Source: the human T2T-CHM13v2.0 reference genome, Homo sapiens
Direction: 5' to 3' (one strand)
Length of the DNA: 64,000 bases
Assembly (NCBI RefSeq): GCF_009914755.1
Contig: NC_060947.1
Shown here: one piece after another, positions 1-13,379 of the stretch
Layout of the letters: every line of letters begins with the position of its first letter
Position numbering within the stretch: the stretch's first letter is position 1
Made by a program: the position numbers and the translations under genes
Notes under the pieces: generated by a model
Seen by the model: only the letters and a program-made list of their open reading frames with translations
What the model was told of the DNA's origin: nothing
The model's database searches: none

Positions 1-309
1 CTCAGAACACTATATAATAAAAAAAAGCAGACACAAATTAAAATACCTTTTTTATATTTAAGGATCTTAATTATATTATTGCAATTGTGTGCATTTTCAT
101 TTTTCATCTAGTTCTAGCTCAATTCTGAGAAGTTCCCTGGTATAAATTTGTCATTGTCAAAAAACCTTATTTCTAAAAGTTTTTGGTTTCCATTCTTCAA
201 TAAAATATTGTTTGATGTGTAGACATCTATAACTGTTACATTATCTTGAGTTAGAGCATCTATTGTTGTGATAAAATGTCCCTCTTAATTCCATATGACA
301 TTTTTGGCC

Positions 310-411
310 TTAAAAGCTCCTTTTTTCTTAAATTTCCATAGGTGACTTCTTATTAGCATTAAAAGCTACTTTTTTTCTAAATTTTCATCTAGCTGTCTTC
401 TTATCAGCATT
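310..411. repeat. Diverged ~50-bp tandem duplication
   Basis: Two adjacent copies of ttaaaagct.ctttttt.taaattt.cat..ag.tg.cttcttat.agcatt. Confidence 0.75.
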
Positions 412-1890
412 TGCTTGTTATACTTTTTGCATCATTTCACTTTTAAATTGTAGTTATCTTTTTTCAAATAGTCTCATTTTCGCTTTTTTACCCATTCACA
501 GAATTTTTGGTTACTTTAGTTATTTAAAAGACATTCACATGCATTATCCAAAGTTGAAGTTTTGTTCTATTGTTATATTTTGAGTCTATATTTATTTTCT
601 AAGTTACATATTTTCTAGAAAGACATCTATTTTATTGATATTTTCAAATTTCTTAGCATAATATATTTTAAGTAGTATTATTTTATATATTTATAATGTT
701 ACCTCTGTCCATGATTATATTTTCCTTTACATCCAGTATAGCATGGCTATTTTTACTTCATGTGACTTGCCATAGTTTTTTCTATTTTATTAATATTTGA
801 AAATTTAGCTTTTGCATTAATCAAGTATATTGGGGTATTTTTTGCTTCATATTGGTTTTTAATCCATATTTGTTGATGCTTTATATTTTTCTTAGGTTAA
901 TTGTGCTGTTATTGATTTGAATGCATAATGCATTTACTCTATTGTCACAAAAATTCTTATTGATTTTCCTTGATTGAAAGACTAAATTTTATGTTTTAAT
1001 ATGTACCCTACAAAATATCAGGTCTATGCCAATTTACTTACTTTCTCAAGTCTCAGTTTCTTCATCAGTAAAATGCATATCTTCCTTGAAGTCATTATTG
1101 CATAAATCATCTGTATTTATTTTCATTTTATTTTAACATCATAATTCCTTAGGAGAAGCTCTTTTAAGTTGTTTTGCTGTTTTTATTAACACACCTCTTT
1201 ATCTGCTAACAATGAGATTCTTAGATATGTATTGTCATTTGAACAGGGCACCCAATCTCCAAGTTTAAAAATAACATCTGAATTGAATCACTATTATTGA
1301 CTAAAGATTATTATGTCACTCTGAATTGAGGATGAGGATAGAAAAAAATGAAGTTTGAATTACTGGTTTCGATGCTGATAGGTTATCCTCTTTATTTTTA
1401 TAATTTAATAGGTTTTCTAGGCTATGCCTACATGTGGGTTTCTTTTTATGGCTCTTGCATGGAATGTAATTAGAATGTTCTTTTAAAAGCAATATTTTCC
1501 TTGCAGTTAACATAAAATATGAACAGAACCTAGGTTAAATTTTAGACAGATAAACTACCCTAATAACAATTTTAAAAAGCAGAAATATGCTAAATTGGTA
1601 CTAATATAATGTTTACCAGAATTTAAGATTCTTTTCTTTCTCTTTTTTCGTAGACAGTGATATTTTTGCAGATGGAATTATTTTAAATTCACCTCATAGG
1701 AGTATGCTTTTGATTCTCCACACTCTATCAATATCACTAATAATATTCTAATTTGTATTTTTCTGACTTAAACTAATCTTGTTACCAACAGTTTTTCTGT
1801 CTCCTTCCTTTTGTTCCCATTAAACATAGGTCATGCTGCTACTAGATTCAAGTTCCTAAAACACAACTCTCATTACATCACTCATTTGCT

Positions 1891-1892
<2 letters not shown>

Positions 1893-1927
<35 letters not shown>

Positions 1928-1948
1928 CTCTCTCTCTCTCTCTCTCTC
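1893..1948. repeat. Compound (CA)n(CT)n microsatellite
   Basis: Directly visible. Confidence 0.98.
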
Positions 1949-4525
1949 ACATTACTGCCTCCTAGCTTCCCATTACCTACCAATTTTGGTAAAAGTTTCT
2001 TTCCCTGGTTTTCACATCCCTCTACAATACAAAGTCAAACTATAGTTTTAGATTTTAGTCTTATTTTCTTACATAAACTCTATTAATATCCAAATGATCC
2101 AAATGCCCCTTCTGCTTTCTTAATTTTCTTTATTTTCTTTGTATGTTATCACTATCATGCCTTTTTTGTTCATTTTTGCTAATCTTGCCTGGTACTCTTT
2201 CTATAGCTTCATAATTTCTAGCTTTCAAAATACTACCTCTCCTTCAAGTTCTGATTGGAATATTATTTTTATGTAAGTTCTTTATCTCCCAATTACATAT
2301 GATCTTTTCCTTCTTTGAGAGCTTATGCTGTTTTTTGTAGTGTATTTTAGGATATCTTATTTTTATGGTACCTTATTTTGTCTTCTATCATAGTTATTTT
2401 CATCCTTGCTTTGCCTCTTCCAGTGAATTTTAATCTTCTTGAGGGCATAGACTCTCACTTCTATTAGTGATTATTTCTTGCATTTAGCATTCTATCTTGC
2501 ATTTCTTACATTCTTATTTCTTTTCTTGCTAAATGGGGATTTGTTGAATTAAGTATTATCTTACATTTTCCTTCAGGACATTTTCCTTCAGGGTGTTCAG
2601 TGTCCTGTAAAACTTTTGGGAATTCAACAAAATGAAAAATGGTCCATTAAATTCTGGTTTTGAAAGATTAGCTCAAATCTATTGGATAGCATTGTAAAAG
2701 ATATTGTAAAACTTCACATTAATTCCTTTCCAATCTATAACTAGCTTATAACCATGTAATTTATCTTCTAAGCTGAGCACTCTGAGAGTGAAAAGAGAAA
2801 CTATTAAGAATTATGTTGGGACAACAGGTATCAAAGATGACTATCCTAGGCAACTCAAGATGTTAGGTAAAGCAACCTTAACTTAATTAACATAACTTTG
2901 CCTGTTTTTTCATTTGGTTTTAGTCCTACTGCTCAGTCACATGCTTATTGAACATGCCTATTCTTGAGATACCTCATTAAATAAGTATACTGAACTAATG
3001 CCATGCTAAAATTAATCAAAACTTTCTCAAAAGATTCAATGAACCTATGCAAATCACTGTTACAACTTGGAAATGACTGATGGTCTTTTATATCTGAATT
3101 TTCTCCACATACTTTCCTAGATTATATATTTTTATAAAAAAATTTAATGTAATATTTCCAGCATATAACATATAGAGAATATTATAATGAAATAAACACG
3201 TGAGTGCTACCACCTCACTTAGTTCTAAATATATGCCATATGTGATCATACTGACTTTTAATGAAGAAAATATTGCAAATGCAGTTGATAATTCCTGTGA
3301 ACTTCTCCCTGATTCCATTCTACTCCATCCTTCTTCTATATTGAGAGAAATGGGAAAATATAGATTGATATTGTTCAATGGGACAGTGTTATCATAGTGA
3401 GTCTTGATATCCACAAGAATGGTACTTCTCTCCTTTTATTGAAGTCTTTATGTAGGCCTATCAGTAAAGTTTACTAATTTTGTCCATTAAAGTTTTCTGT
3501 ATCTTTTGTCAAACTTCTTATAAGTACCTCATAGTTTTATTACTAATATAACTGGTTTATTTTTGATAATTAATAATTAAAATTTTAAATTGCAGCTGAT
3601 AAAATGAAGCACACTGATTTAGGTGTATTTTACTTTTACAAGCAATATTACTGAGCTGTCTTATTAGTTTTGATGATTCTGTGGATAGTCTCTTAGATTT
3701 TCCAAGTGGACAATAATATAAAATTGACAATTTGAGGCATTCCTTTTCAATCTTCATTCATTTCATTGCATCTTTATTAAGTTTCATTATGGTATTATCT
3801 ATAATAGAAAAAATTATAAACAACATATGGGTCCTGCAACATAAGAATAATTGAGCAAATTGTAGAAGAACAATACAATAAAATATCATTTAATCATTAA
3901 ACATAATAGTTTAACAAAGAGTTTTATTTATTTAAGTTTGCCTAACTTTTAAAATAATTTTAAACTACTGGACATATTTATTATTTTGCATTTAGTAGCT
4001 TTTGTTATTTTATTTTTAAGTGACACATAATAATTTTAGATATTTATGGGGTATGTTGTGATGTTATGATACAAATAAACATTGTGGAATGATTAAATCA
4101 GGTTAAGTAATATATCCATCCATCACCTCATATACTTATAATTTTTTGTGGTGAGTATATACAAAATTTACTATTTTAGGAAATTTGAAATACACAATGT
4201 ATTATTTTTAATTATAGTCACTATGATGTGTAAAATATCACTAGAATTTATTTCTCTTATCTAACTAAACTGTGTATCCTTAGACAAACAGTTCCTCTTT
4301 CCATGTCCATTCTCCCCAACCAGCCTTTCTGGTAACCAGCATTCTATTCTATACATCTATGGTTTCAACTTTTTTAGATTCCACGTAAAAGTAAGATCAT
4401 GTGGCATTTGTCTTTCTGTCTCTGGCTTATTTCACTTAGCATAACATCCTCCAGATTCATACATGTTGCAAATGACAGAATATTCTTCTAATTGATGAAT
4501 AGTATTCCGTTGTGTATATGTAGCA

Positions 4526-4928
4526 TGTTTTTTTAAATTGTTACAATTTTTGTAGGTACATAGAAGGTGTATATATTTATAGGGTAAATAAGATGCATTG
4601 ATATAGGCATGCAACGTGAAGTAAGCACATCATGGAGAATGGGATATCTATCCCCTCAAGCATTTATCTCTTGAGTTACAAACAATCCAATTATACTCTT
4701 TAAGTTATATAAAAATGTACAATTAAGTTACCATTGGCTATAGTCATCCTATTGTGCTATCAAATAGTAGGTGTTATTTATTCTTCCTAACTTTTTGACC
4801 CATTAACCATCCCCCCACTACCCCACCCAGCCCCTGGTAACCATTCTTCTACTTTATATATTCAAGAGTTCAGGTGCTTTGATTTTTAGATCCTGTAAAT
4901 AAGTAAGAATATGTGATATTTGTCTTTC
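4526..4928 (-). mobile_element. L1MA1-3-type 3' UTR fragment nested in the older L1
   Basis: Poly-T start, diagnostic 'gtaggtacatag...gcacatcatggagaatggg...ttacaaacaatccaatta'; flanked by tgtagca at 4519-4525 and 4929-4935. Confidence 0.85.
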
Positions 4929-5148
4929 TGTAGCACATCTTCTTTATCCATTTGTCCGTTGATGGACATAGCTTGATTCCATACCTTGGCTATTGTGAAT
5001 AATGCTGCAATGAACATAGGAATGCAAATATATCTTTGATATACTTATTTCAATTTCTTTGGATATATACCCAGTGGTGGGATTGCTGGACCCCATGGTA
5101 ATTCTAGTTTTAGAGTTTTGAGGAACATCCATACTGTTTTTTATAATT

Positions 5149-5254
5149 TACTAATTATGGAAATTAGTATATATACGAATTCACTAATTATGGAAATTAG
5201 TAAAATATATACTAATTCGCTAATTATGGAAATTAGTAAAATATACACTAATTT
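5149..5254. repeat. Three-copy 33-36 bp minisatellite of hairpin unit actaattatggaaattagt inside L1
   Basis: Copies start at 5151, 5184 and 5220. Confidence 0.9.
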
Positions 5255-6297
5255 ACATTTCCACCAACAGTGTACAAGGGCTCTCTTTTCTCCACATCCT
5301 CACCCTCATCAACGTTTGTTATTATTCATTTTTTTGGTAGTAGTCATTCTAACAGGTGTGAAGTGATATCTCACTGCAGTTTTAATTTGCATTTGCTTAA
5401 TGAGTCACGATGTTGAACATTTTAAAAATATATCTATTGGTCATTTGTAAGTCTTCTTTTGAAAAATGTCTATTCAGGCCGTTTGCCCATTTTTTAATTA
5501 GGTTTTTTGCTTTCTTACTACTGAGTTGTTTGAGTTGCTTATATAGTTTGAATCTTAACCCTTTATAAGACGTATGATTTGAAAATAATTGTTCCCATTC
5601 AGTGGACATTCTGTTAATTGTTAAAATTAACATGATGGCTAGAAACTCTAATAAATTGATTAATACCAATTATGATTATCAATGTTGTTGTCTTGTGTTT
5701 GACTAAAGTTTTCTGCTTTTAATATTTCACCATTAAGTTTGATGTTTACTACAAATTATCTTTATCAGGTTAAGAAAGTAAAAGTTTAATATTACATTGA
5801 TCAATTTTCTAATTTATTAAGCAAGCATACATTCTGAGGATAAGTCACTTGGTCAGAATGGATTATATTTTCATCTCTTGCTGAAACTAGATTGGTAATA
5901 TTTTATTTACAATTTTTGCTCTGTGATCAGGTGTGAGAATGCCTTATCATTTTTCTTCCCCCATAGTGTTTTCATCTGATTGTGATATAAAAGTTATACT
6001 AGTCTGCTAAAAGGAGTTGGGCTTTATTATTAATTCAGGATGTTTTTCTATATAATATGTTAATATAACAAGCATAAACAATTTTTTGAATGTTTGGTAA
6101 GGTTAGTTATACAATAATTAAGATCTAACATTTTATCTGAACTTAAATTTTAACTTGCTTTCGTTTACTTAAAATGTACAGTTTATTAAAATTTTTCACA
6201 TATTTTTTGAGTCAATCTTATTAAATTGTATTCTTCTAGGATATTGCCTTGCCGTAAGATTGAATCTTTCTTTTTTCATTTAAAAAAGTCTTTATGC

Positions 6298-6468
6298 GGG
6301 AGAACATGTCAGCAAGATGGTGAAATAGGAGGTCTCTGTCTTTCCTGTCTCTCACAGATGCACCAAGTAAACAACTACATATAGCTCAATTCCTTCTAAA
6401 AAAAATCCAGAATTTAGTCAAGAGACTTCTCCCCACTGAGCAACCAAGACAATATACACACGGAAACT
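6298..6468 (+). mobile_element. L1M 5' end fragment
   Basis: gcaagatggtgaaataggaggt start, typical of old L1 5'UTRs. Confidence 0.55.
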
Positions 6469-6469
6469 G

Positions 6470-8402
6470 ATCTCCTGGAATCAATGTCAGTTCAGAGTCA
6501 GTGTCCAGTAGTCCCTGAAAGATCTGAATATTTCCTTTTCCTCAATGCACAGTTATACTGGTATAAGGCTATAAGTTCCTTAGGGAAGGCAGGGACAAAG
6601 ATTAACAGTACACAATTTTAGTAGTGTCCAGGATCCTTCTTCAAGGGGACTCAGCTTCTTCTTCATTTAAGACAATCTAGATCTATAAACTGGTTCAAAT
6701 CTAGGAATTGTTTGAGAGACCATGATTTTCTGTTTTTATGAGTTAGACTTTTTGACCTGGAAGTTTATTGCTTGTACAGATCAGCTAAGAATTTAGTAGG
6801 CTTCCTATCTATCTCATTTCTAGGAACACCATGGTTAACAACTCAATGCCATAGACTAGACTATTCAGATTGTTGTTTTGATTCTGTTGTCCTTTAAGGT
6901 AACACCCACCTTACCTTTGGCAGTTGAGTGCTGCCACTTGGCCCCTGCCACTACAGGATTCAGTTATTCTCATTAAATTTAAGCTTTCCAATTGAGTGAC
7001 TGTGATTCCCACTGTAAGGTCTGGCCTACAGTCATGAAGATCTTCAAGGATGCTGAGGCTCCCCTCACAAACCTATTTCTCAAAGTACTGGCGAAAGTTA
7101 TGTTTTCTGGACTTTCCCAATTTGGGTGAGTAGGTTTCAAGTGACAAATCCACTCTAGCATTCCAATCTCCCTAAGTGTTTGAATTCTGTCCTCTACCTT
7201 AAACCAAGGGGAATTGGCCATCTCTACTCACTCATGGTGAACCATCTTTTAATCCATATTTCACCCAACCAACCAAACAAATTTTTGAGCCCTTTCTAAC
7301 TCCCTGAGCTTCGGTGTTAAATTCAGAATTTCTGCTTACTGGGCCAATATCAATAAATTCTGCCGGATCCGACTTTACACTTCTTCCACCATTATCCCAC
7401 ACTCTTAATATCCATCTTAACACATGTTCCCTGGGTTTCTGCTTACATAAATTTAAAAAAAAAAACTTAAGTGGTTCTTTTGAAGTGTAACACACCTCTT
7501 CATGGGTCACACCTTGTACGTCATCTTTAAGGGCCTTCTGGGACTTGAGTATAGTTATAAGTCTAGAAGCAAAGAGAGGTGATGTGAGTGGGTTCTGCAG
7601 AGAATCAGCAATGTCTTGCTTGGCAACTGCCTCAGTGGAGGCCATTACCATTTCCTCAGGCAATACAGAGTTGATCCCCTCAGACAGAGGTGAAAAGGTA
7701 GATACCACTGTGGGTGAGGAGGCTATTTCCAGTGGGGAGTGAGGATGCTACATCCACTGGAAAAAAAAGACATCAGAATTATGAGTTTAATGTTCTCAGC
7801 TTCCTCGGGGTCTTCCAAAACATCCCCATCCCAGCTTACAGAATGTCATTCTTTCTGAATCAATGTCCTAATTTTAATAATAGATACCCTGTGATGCTCA
7901 TAGTTCATCATTCATTGTAATTCAGCCAAACACATGATGAGAACTTATGTTTAATTTTCAAAAAATTAAGCCCTGGGCCTACAGGAGACAAGATCAGCCT
8001 TCAGGGCATAACTAGAAGTGCTTAGGTTATTTATGCGAACCTTGAAAGGGGAATTCAAATCCCTGAGCTCATCCTTTTCTTTCATCACTTTGTCCAGTGA
8101 CATTAGAAGTAACCAACCAATGTTAGTTTTCTACAAGTATTTGGAAGTACTATATATAGGGTCACTAAGTTCCTTGTCGCTTATAAGTGGATGATTAGGA
8201 GTATCTGATGCAGATATTTTGAATATCTCTATAAACAGTTCTTACCATCGACTCTCAGTGCTCACTCTACTACTGGAAGTAGAGTCCTTAGCATGTTTAA
8301 ATCCAATCAGATTAGAGATCCAATTGCAGAAACCCCAAAATCAATTCAGGAAACTCATCCTTAAAATTATGTTTCTCTAAAACTACTCCTGGTATCAAAA
8401 TC
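6470..8402 (-). mobile_element. HERV-L/MLT2 internal region (PBS + degenerate gag)
   Basis: Minus ORFs 7232-7708 and 6979-7221 contain ERVL gag motifs (WILRVWDNGG...EFIDIG; LREIGMLEWI); PBS-like gattttgataccaggagtagtt directly after the LTR end. Confidence 0.9.
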
Positions 8403-8453
8403 TGTATTAGTTATGAGTTTCCAGAGAGTCAGAATCAGTAGGATATCTCTCTC

Positions 8454-8464
8454 TAGATAGATAG

Positions 8465-8505
<41 letters not shown>
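8454..8505. repeat. (TAGA)n tetranucleotide STR
   Basis: Directly visible. Confidence 0.98.
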
Positions 8506-8559
8506 GAAAAGAGAGATATGTGAAAGGAGACTTGTTAGAGGAAATGACTCATGTGATTA

Positions 8560-9194
8560 TGGTACAGGAGACAGAAAGAAATTATTTAGGCAGATAGTGA
8601 GGGCAACAGAGTCCTTAGCAGAATTCCTTTTCTAACCAAAAGCAGCCCCAAAAATCATTTATTTTCTAACAAAGAGCAGCCTGAAAAATCAAGCTGCTAA
8701 CATATATAACGAATCTGGAAGCTTGCATGGGGCAATGCTGGCAGCTGGGCCAATAGAAAAGGGCTACCTGGAGGCCAGGCATATCCAACATGGAGGCTCC
8801 ATCTTCCACTTTTGTCATCACGTGTACAGGAACAAAGAAATGGGAATACCGTGCAACTCAAGCTGAAAACCCACCTGCATAATAAAAGATTAGGGTGGGG
8901 CCTACCAGAGAGTCGCACCCTATGCAAATGGCACACCCGGTCCAACCAGTTTTTTGCACCCTATGAAAATCAGACACTGCCTCTCTACCAGCTCATCTAT
9001 AAAACCCCCTGCATTTTGCTATGGATGGGCAACCCATTTTTCTGGGACCCCTCTCTGCTGCTGAGAGCTATTCTCTTTCTTTTGCCTATTAAACTCCCTG
9101 TGTCAACCCCACTCTTTGTGTGTCGGTGTCCTTGTTCTCCATGGTTGTGAGACAACGAACTTCAGGTGTTACTCCAGACAACAAGGTCATTTCA
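8560..9194 (+). mobile_element. ERV1 solo LTR (MER61-like, family tentative)
   Basis: TG...CA ends, 4-bp TSD ATTA (8556-8559/9195-9198), TATAAAA near 8998, ATTAAA near 9088. Confidence 0.85.
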
Positions 9195-9571
9195 ATTATG
9201 GAGACTGAGAAGTCTCGTGATAGTCCGACTTCTATCTGGGTTAACTAGAGAAGCTAGTGGCATGGTTGAGTTCATGTCCAAAGATCTCAGAAACAGAAAG
9301 CCAACAGTGTAACTCTCAGTACAAATCTGAAGGCCTAAGAACCTTGGAGTCTACTGGTACAAGTTCCAGAGTCCTAAGGCCAGAGAATCTGGGGTTCTGA
9401 TGTCCAAAGGGAGGAGAAAATTAGAGGATAAATTCTCCTTTTTTCGACCTTTTTGTTCCATCCAGGCCCCCAGCTGATTGCATGGTGCCTGTTCACATTG
9501 GACGAGGGCATATATTCCTTAGTCAGTTCATTGTCTCAAATGCCAATCTTTCCAAATACACTGTCATAGGC

Positions 9572-10094
9572 TTTCTTAGTCTGTGCTGCTATAACAGACT
9601 ACCACAGACTGAGTAATTTATAATATACATAAATTTTTCTCCTATGACAGAATCCCACAGACTGAGTAATTTATAATATACATAAATTTTTGCTGCTATA
9701 ACAGAATACCACAGACTAACTTATAAAAAACATAAATTTATTTCTCATAATTCTGGGGGCTGGGAAGCCCAAGATAAAGGAGCTGGCATTTGGCTAGGAC
9801 CTTCTTTCTGTATCTTTCTGTGGTGGAAGACAAGAGAGCAAGAGAGAGAAAAGGAGAAAGAGAGAGAGACAGAAAGAGAGAGAGAGAATGTCCAAGAAGG
9901 GGGTGAACTCATTCTTTTATAAGAAACTCACACCAATTATGAGGAATCACTCCAACAATAATGTCATTAATCCATTAATGAGGGCAAAGCCTTCAGTCCT
10001 AATTATCTCTTAAAGGTCCCACTTAGTAATACTGTTGCACTGGCGATCGAGTTTCCAACACATAAACTTTGTGGGGTGCATTCAAACCATAACA
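9572..10094 (-). mobile_element. MaLR LTR (MLT1A/MSTD-like) with internal triplication
   Basis: cttagtctgtgctgctataacaga...cattcaaaccataaca ends. Confidence 0.85.
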
Positions 10095-10184
10095 AATGGT
10101 TTGGATGGAAATAATACTTTACCAGCTATCTGGGTGTCCTTTAATTTAGTCAACTTGACATCTAATATCACACATACACAATAT

Positions 10185-10890
10185 AAAATATTTATAAATT
10201 ATGATTTCAAAGAGGATGCAAAATGGGGGGAGAGAGATAAAGGTGGCGAGTTTGTACATAAAGAGAAATTAATTTGTTATCAGTTTAAAATAGACTGGTA
10301 CAGTATAAGATATTATATGTCAGTTTCTTGGTAACCCCAAGAAAACACCTAGAGAAGTTACACAAAAGATAATGATACAATAATCAAAACCTATCAATAT
10401 AAAAAATAACAGAATAAAAAAAATCTCAAGAGAAAAAGGGATGAACAAAAGAACTGTAAGACAAACTGAAAATTAACAAAATGACAATAGTAAATATACT
10501 AAGTAAAATAAGTGAGAAGTATAAATAAATAGGTGAACACTTACATATGTAATATACAAAATGGCAAATACATAGAAACAGAGAGTAGAATGGTAGTTAC
10601 TAGGGGCAGGAAAGGGGGAAATGCAGAGATGTTGCGGAAAAGGTACAAAGTTGCAGTTATATAGAATAAATAAGTCTAGAGATCTAATATACAACCTAGT
10701 AATCATAGCTAATAATGCTGTATTACAACTGGAAATTTGCCAAGAGTAGATTTCAGATATTCTCACTACAAAAAAAGATGAATATGTAAGGAGGTTGATA
10801 TGTTAATTGTCTTGTGTGTGGTAGTCATTTCACTATGCATATGTATATCTAAACATCAGATTGCATATCTTAAATATATACAATAAAAAG
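10185..10890 (+). mobile_element. L1MA/MB fragments including 3' UTR
   Basis: gagagtagaatggtagttactagggg...aataagtctagagatctaat...aaacatcagattgcatatcttaaatatatacaataaaaa. Confidence 0.75.
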
Positions 10891-11948
10891 TCTTTATGAG
10901 ATACACATAAATATACGATAGAAATACAGTATATAATATTTTAAATTGATAATGTCATACTTTGTTCATATTTTATACCAAAATGCCTTAGCTGTGGTCA
11001 GACAGTATTTCTTTCCAGGCAACTGTTGGGCCGGTCACCTTTGCAAATATTTATTCATATGAGGTTCTATGAATGGATGCTTTTAAATTCGTGGCTTACA
11101 GAAAGAGAGAAAGTTACAATAACGAACGGAGAAAGTGTGTATTTATGTGTGTGTGTATAGTTGTTTTTCAGATATGAAACCTCCAAGAAATGGGGAACAG
11201 TATGATTAAGATATAGGGGATTGTGTACTGTCTCCCATCACACAGGGAATCATTTTATCCTTCTGTGGAATGATGTGAATTAGAAGATGAAGTAGTTGTG
11301 CTTATGAAATGATTTTATGAGACTTTGGGCAAAATTTGGACTGATTTGAGGCCAAACTGACATATCTGAAACAGAGTTGTCAGTAGGGCTATCCAACACA
11401 TCCCTTCTTTGCACTTTTACACAGCACCGCTTTAGCAATGTAATTACTCAAGGTGGCCACTAGCAGAAAGTAGATTTTTTTTTTTTTTTTTATTCTCATT
11501 CTCAGAAAGGGCAATAGCAGCAGAGTGAGAGGCCTTGACAATAAGGTCAGGGAAGAAAAACTCAAATAGACTTACAGCTAGATATAGGTAAGACATAATC
11601 CTAAGGACTTCCAGAAATTACTTGAGTAGATTTTATAAGGGTTGGAAATCCAATACTGGTAGGTAGCATCTGAAAATCATGTGTTTTAGCCTTTACTGTG
11701 TGCTTGTACACACATAAGCTGTGTCTGAGATTCTGATCAATCTTATTATCCAAGTAGTCATAACACCAAGTTGGAGGTAACTGTTTTAGATATAAATTTA
11801 TCCACAATAAGTTTTTTGAATTTGACAGGGAGTCAAGGCTATGAAGTCTGTTTTCTATTTATGTATACGATGTAATACAAATATTTGGTAATTGTTTCTT
11901 TTTTAACTTTTTTTTTTTTTCTGTAGGCTAAAGTCATTGCCTGGTGAT

Positions 11949-12334
11949 TCTATTAGTTTCCTAGAGCTGCAATAACAAAATACCACAGATGGGGTTGCTT
12001 AAACAACGTAAATTTATTTTCTCACAGTTCTGGAGGCTAGACACCCAAGATCAAGCTGTCAGCAGGTTTGCTTTCTACTGAGGCCTTTCTTTTTGGTTTG
12101 CAGATGATGGCCTCCTTGCTGTGCCCTCACATGGCTGTCCATGTGTGTGTTGTCTGTGTCCTAATCTCCTCTTCTTATAAAAATATCAATCATAATAAAT
12201 TAGGGCCCACCCTTGTGACCCTATTTTAACTTAACTCTTCAAAACCTTTTTCTCCAAATACAATTACATCTTGAAGTAATGAGAGTTAGGGCTTCAACAT
12301 ACGAATTTTGGAGAACACAATTTAGCCCGTAACA
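11949..12334 (-). mobile_element. MaLR LTR (MLT1B-like)
   Basis: tattagtttcctagagctgc...gggcttcaacatacgaattttggagaacacaatttagcccgtaaca. Confidence 0.88.
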
Positions 12335-12711
12335 ATGAGGTATACAGTTCTTCTAGAACTTTAGAAAATAGAGAGGTGCCAAGGCAAAGAAATTGCCAAA
12401 TAGTATTTTTACATTCAAAACTTTAATCAAACATATGTTTATTTCCAGTGGCTAACATACTAATATATTTACTATTACCATAGAGATTTTTTTTTTCTTT
12501 TCCCATGTGCAATTCTTGGAGCACTTTCAATTAGACCTACAGGGGAATTATTGGCATGTAAACTGAATAGTCAAGAGTTTTCTTTTTATAGAAACATACA
12601 AATAAATTATACTTTGGTATAACCATGGCCAAAGATATTGATTTTCTTTGATTTCAAGTTAAGACAAACTCAGGAAGAAAGGTTTATTCAGACATGCTAG
12701 TTTTACATTTT

Positions 12712-13018
12712 TTTAATTAATTAATTAATTAATTTTTGAGACAGAGTCTCATTCTGCTGCCCAGGCTGGAGTGCAGTCCACCATCTCGGTTCACTGCAGC
12801 CTCTGCCTCCTGGTCTCAGGTGATCCTCCTGCCTCAGTCTCCTGAGTAGGTGGGACTACAGGCTCACACCACCACGCCCAGCTAATTTTTTGTACTTTTG
12901 TAGAGATGGGGTTTTACCATGTTGCCCAGGCTGGTGTTGAACTCCTGGACTCAAGCAATCCGCTCACCGTGGCCTCTCAAAGTGCTGGGATTAGAGGTGT
13001 GAGCCATGGTACCCGGTC
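12712..13018 (-). mobile_element. AluJ with (TTAA)n-modified tail
   Basis: Dimeric Alu; TSD tacatttt 12704-12711/13019-13026 followed by aa (L1 endonuclease site). Confidence 0.95.
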
Positions 13019-13379
13019 TACATTTTAAAGTTTAAACATAATTGAAGTTTTATACTTGAAGGTACAGTTATTAAAACAGGTAAATGCAGATGAACTTATT
13101 TTGCTATATTAGAACAATAAATAAAAATAGACAAAATTTTAACAGGGCTGGAATAATCTTACACAAGAGTCATAATTTTGTCAGTATTTTTTTGCAATTT
13201 TCTAAACATGACAACTCCAGGGAAGCATATTAACAAACTTAAACTTTAGATAAGAAAACAAATCAGTGATTCCTTATAGAGAGCATCTGCCAATCATTAT
13301 TCAATTTCAGAATTTCTGCTGACTGAATCTAGGAAATTCAGCTAAGCCATCACAGGCTTAGTTGTGTGGCCTCTCATTA

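Larger units (their letters stand above)
4000..5605 (-). mobile_element. Old L1 (L1MA-type) 3' end/ORF2 C-terminus, interrupted by a younger L1MA fragment
   Basis: Minus-strand ORF remnants ([18 protein letters not shown]) match L1 ORF2p C-terminus; typical L1M 3'UTR text. Confidence 0.85.
8403..10178 (-). mobile_element. MLT2 (ERVL) 5' LTR interrupted by two LTRs and a TAGA repeat
   Basis: Ends match MLT2 (tgtattag...tttccagagag; accagctatctgggt...gtcaacttgaca). Confidence 0.88.

Noticed and set aside
2563-2592. 15-bp tandem duplication resembling doubled splice acceptors (acattttccttcagg x2)
   Set aside because: No matching donor or coding evidence; ordinary slippage duplication.
5118-5366. 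ORF with repeated NSLIMEISKIYT peptide
   Set aside because: A translation artefact of the minisatellite in antisense L1.
6979-7708. Domesticated Fv1-like gag gene
   Set aside because: ERVL gag is split by frameshifts and stops.
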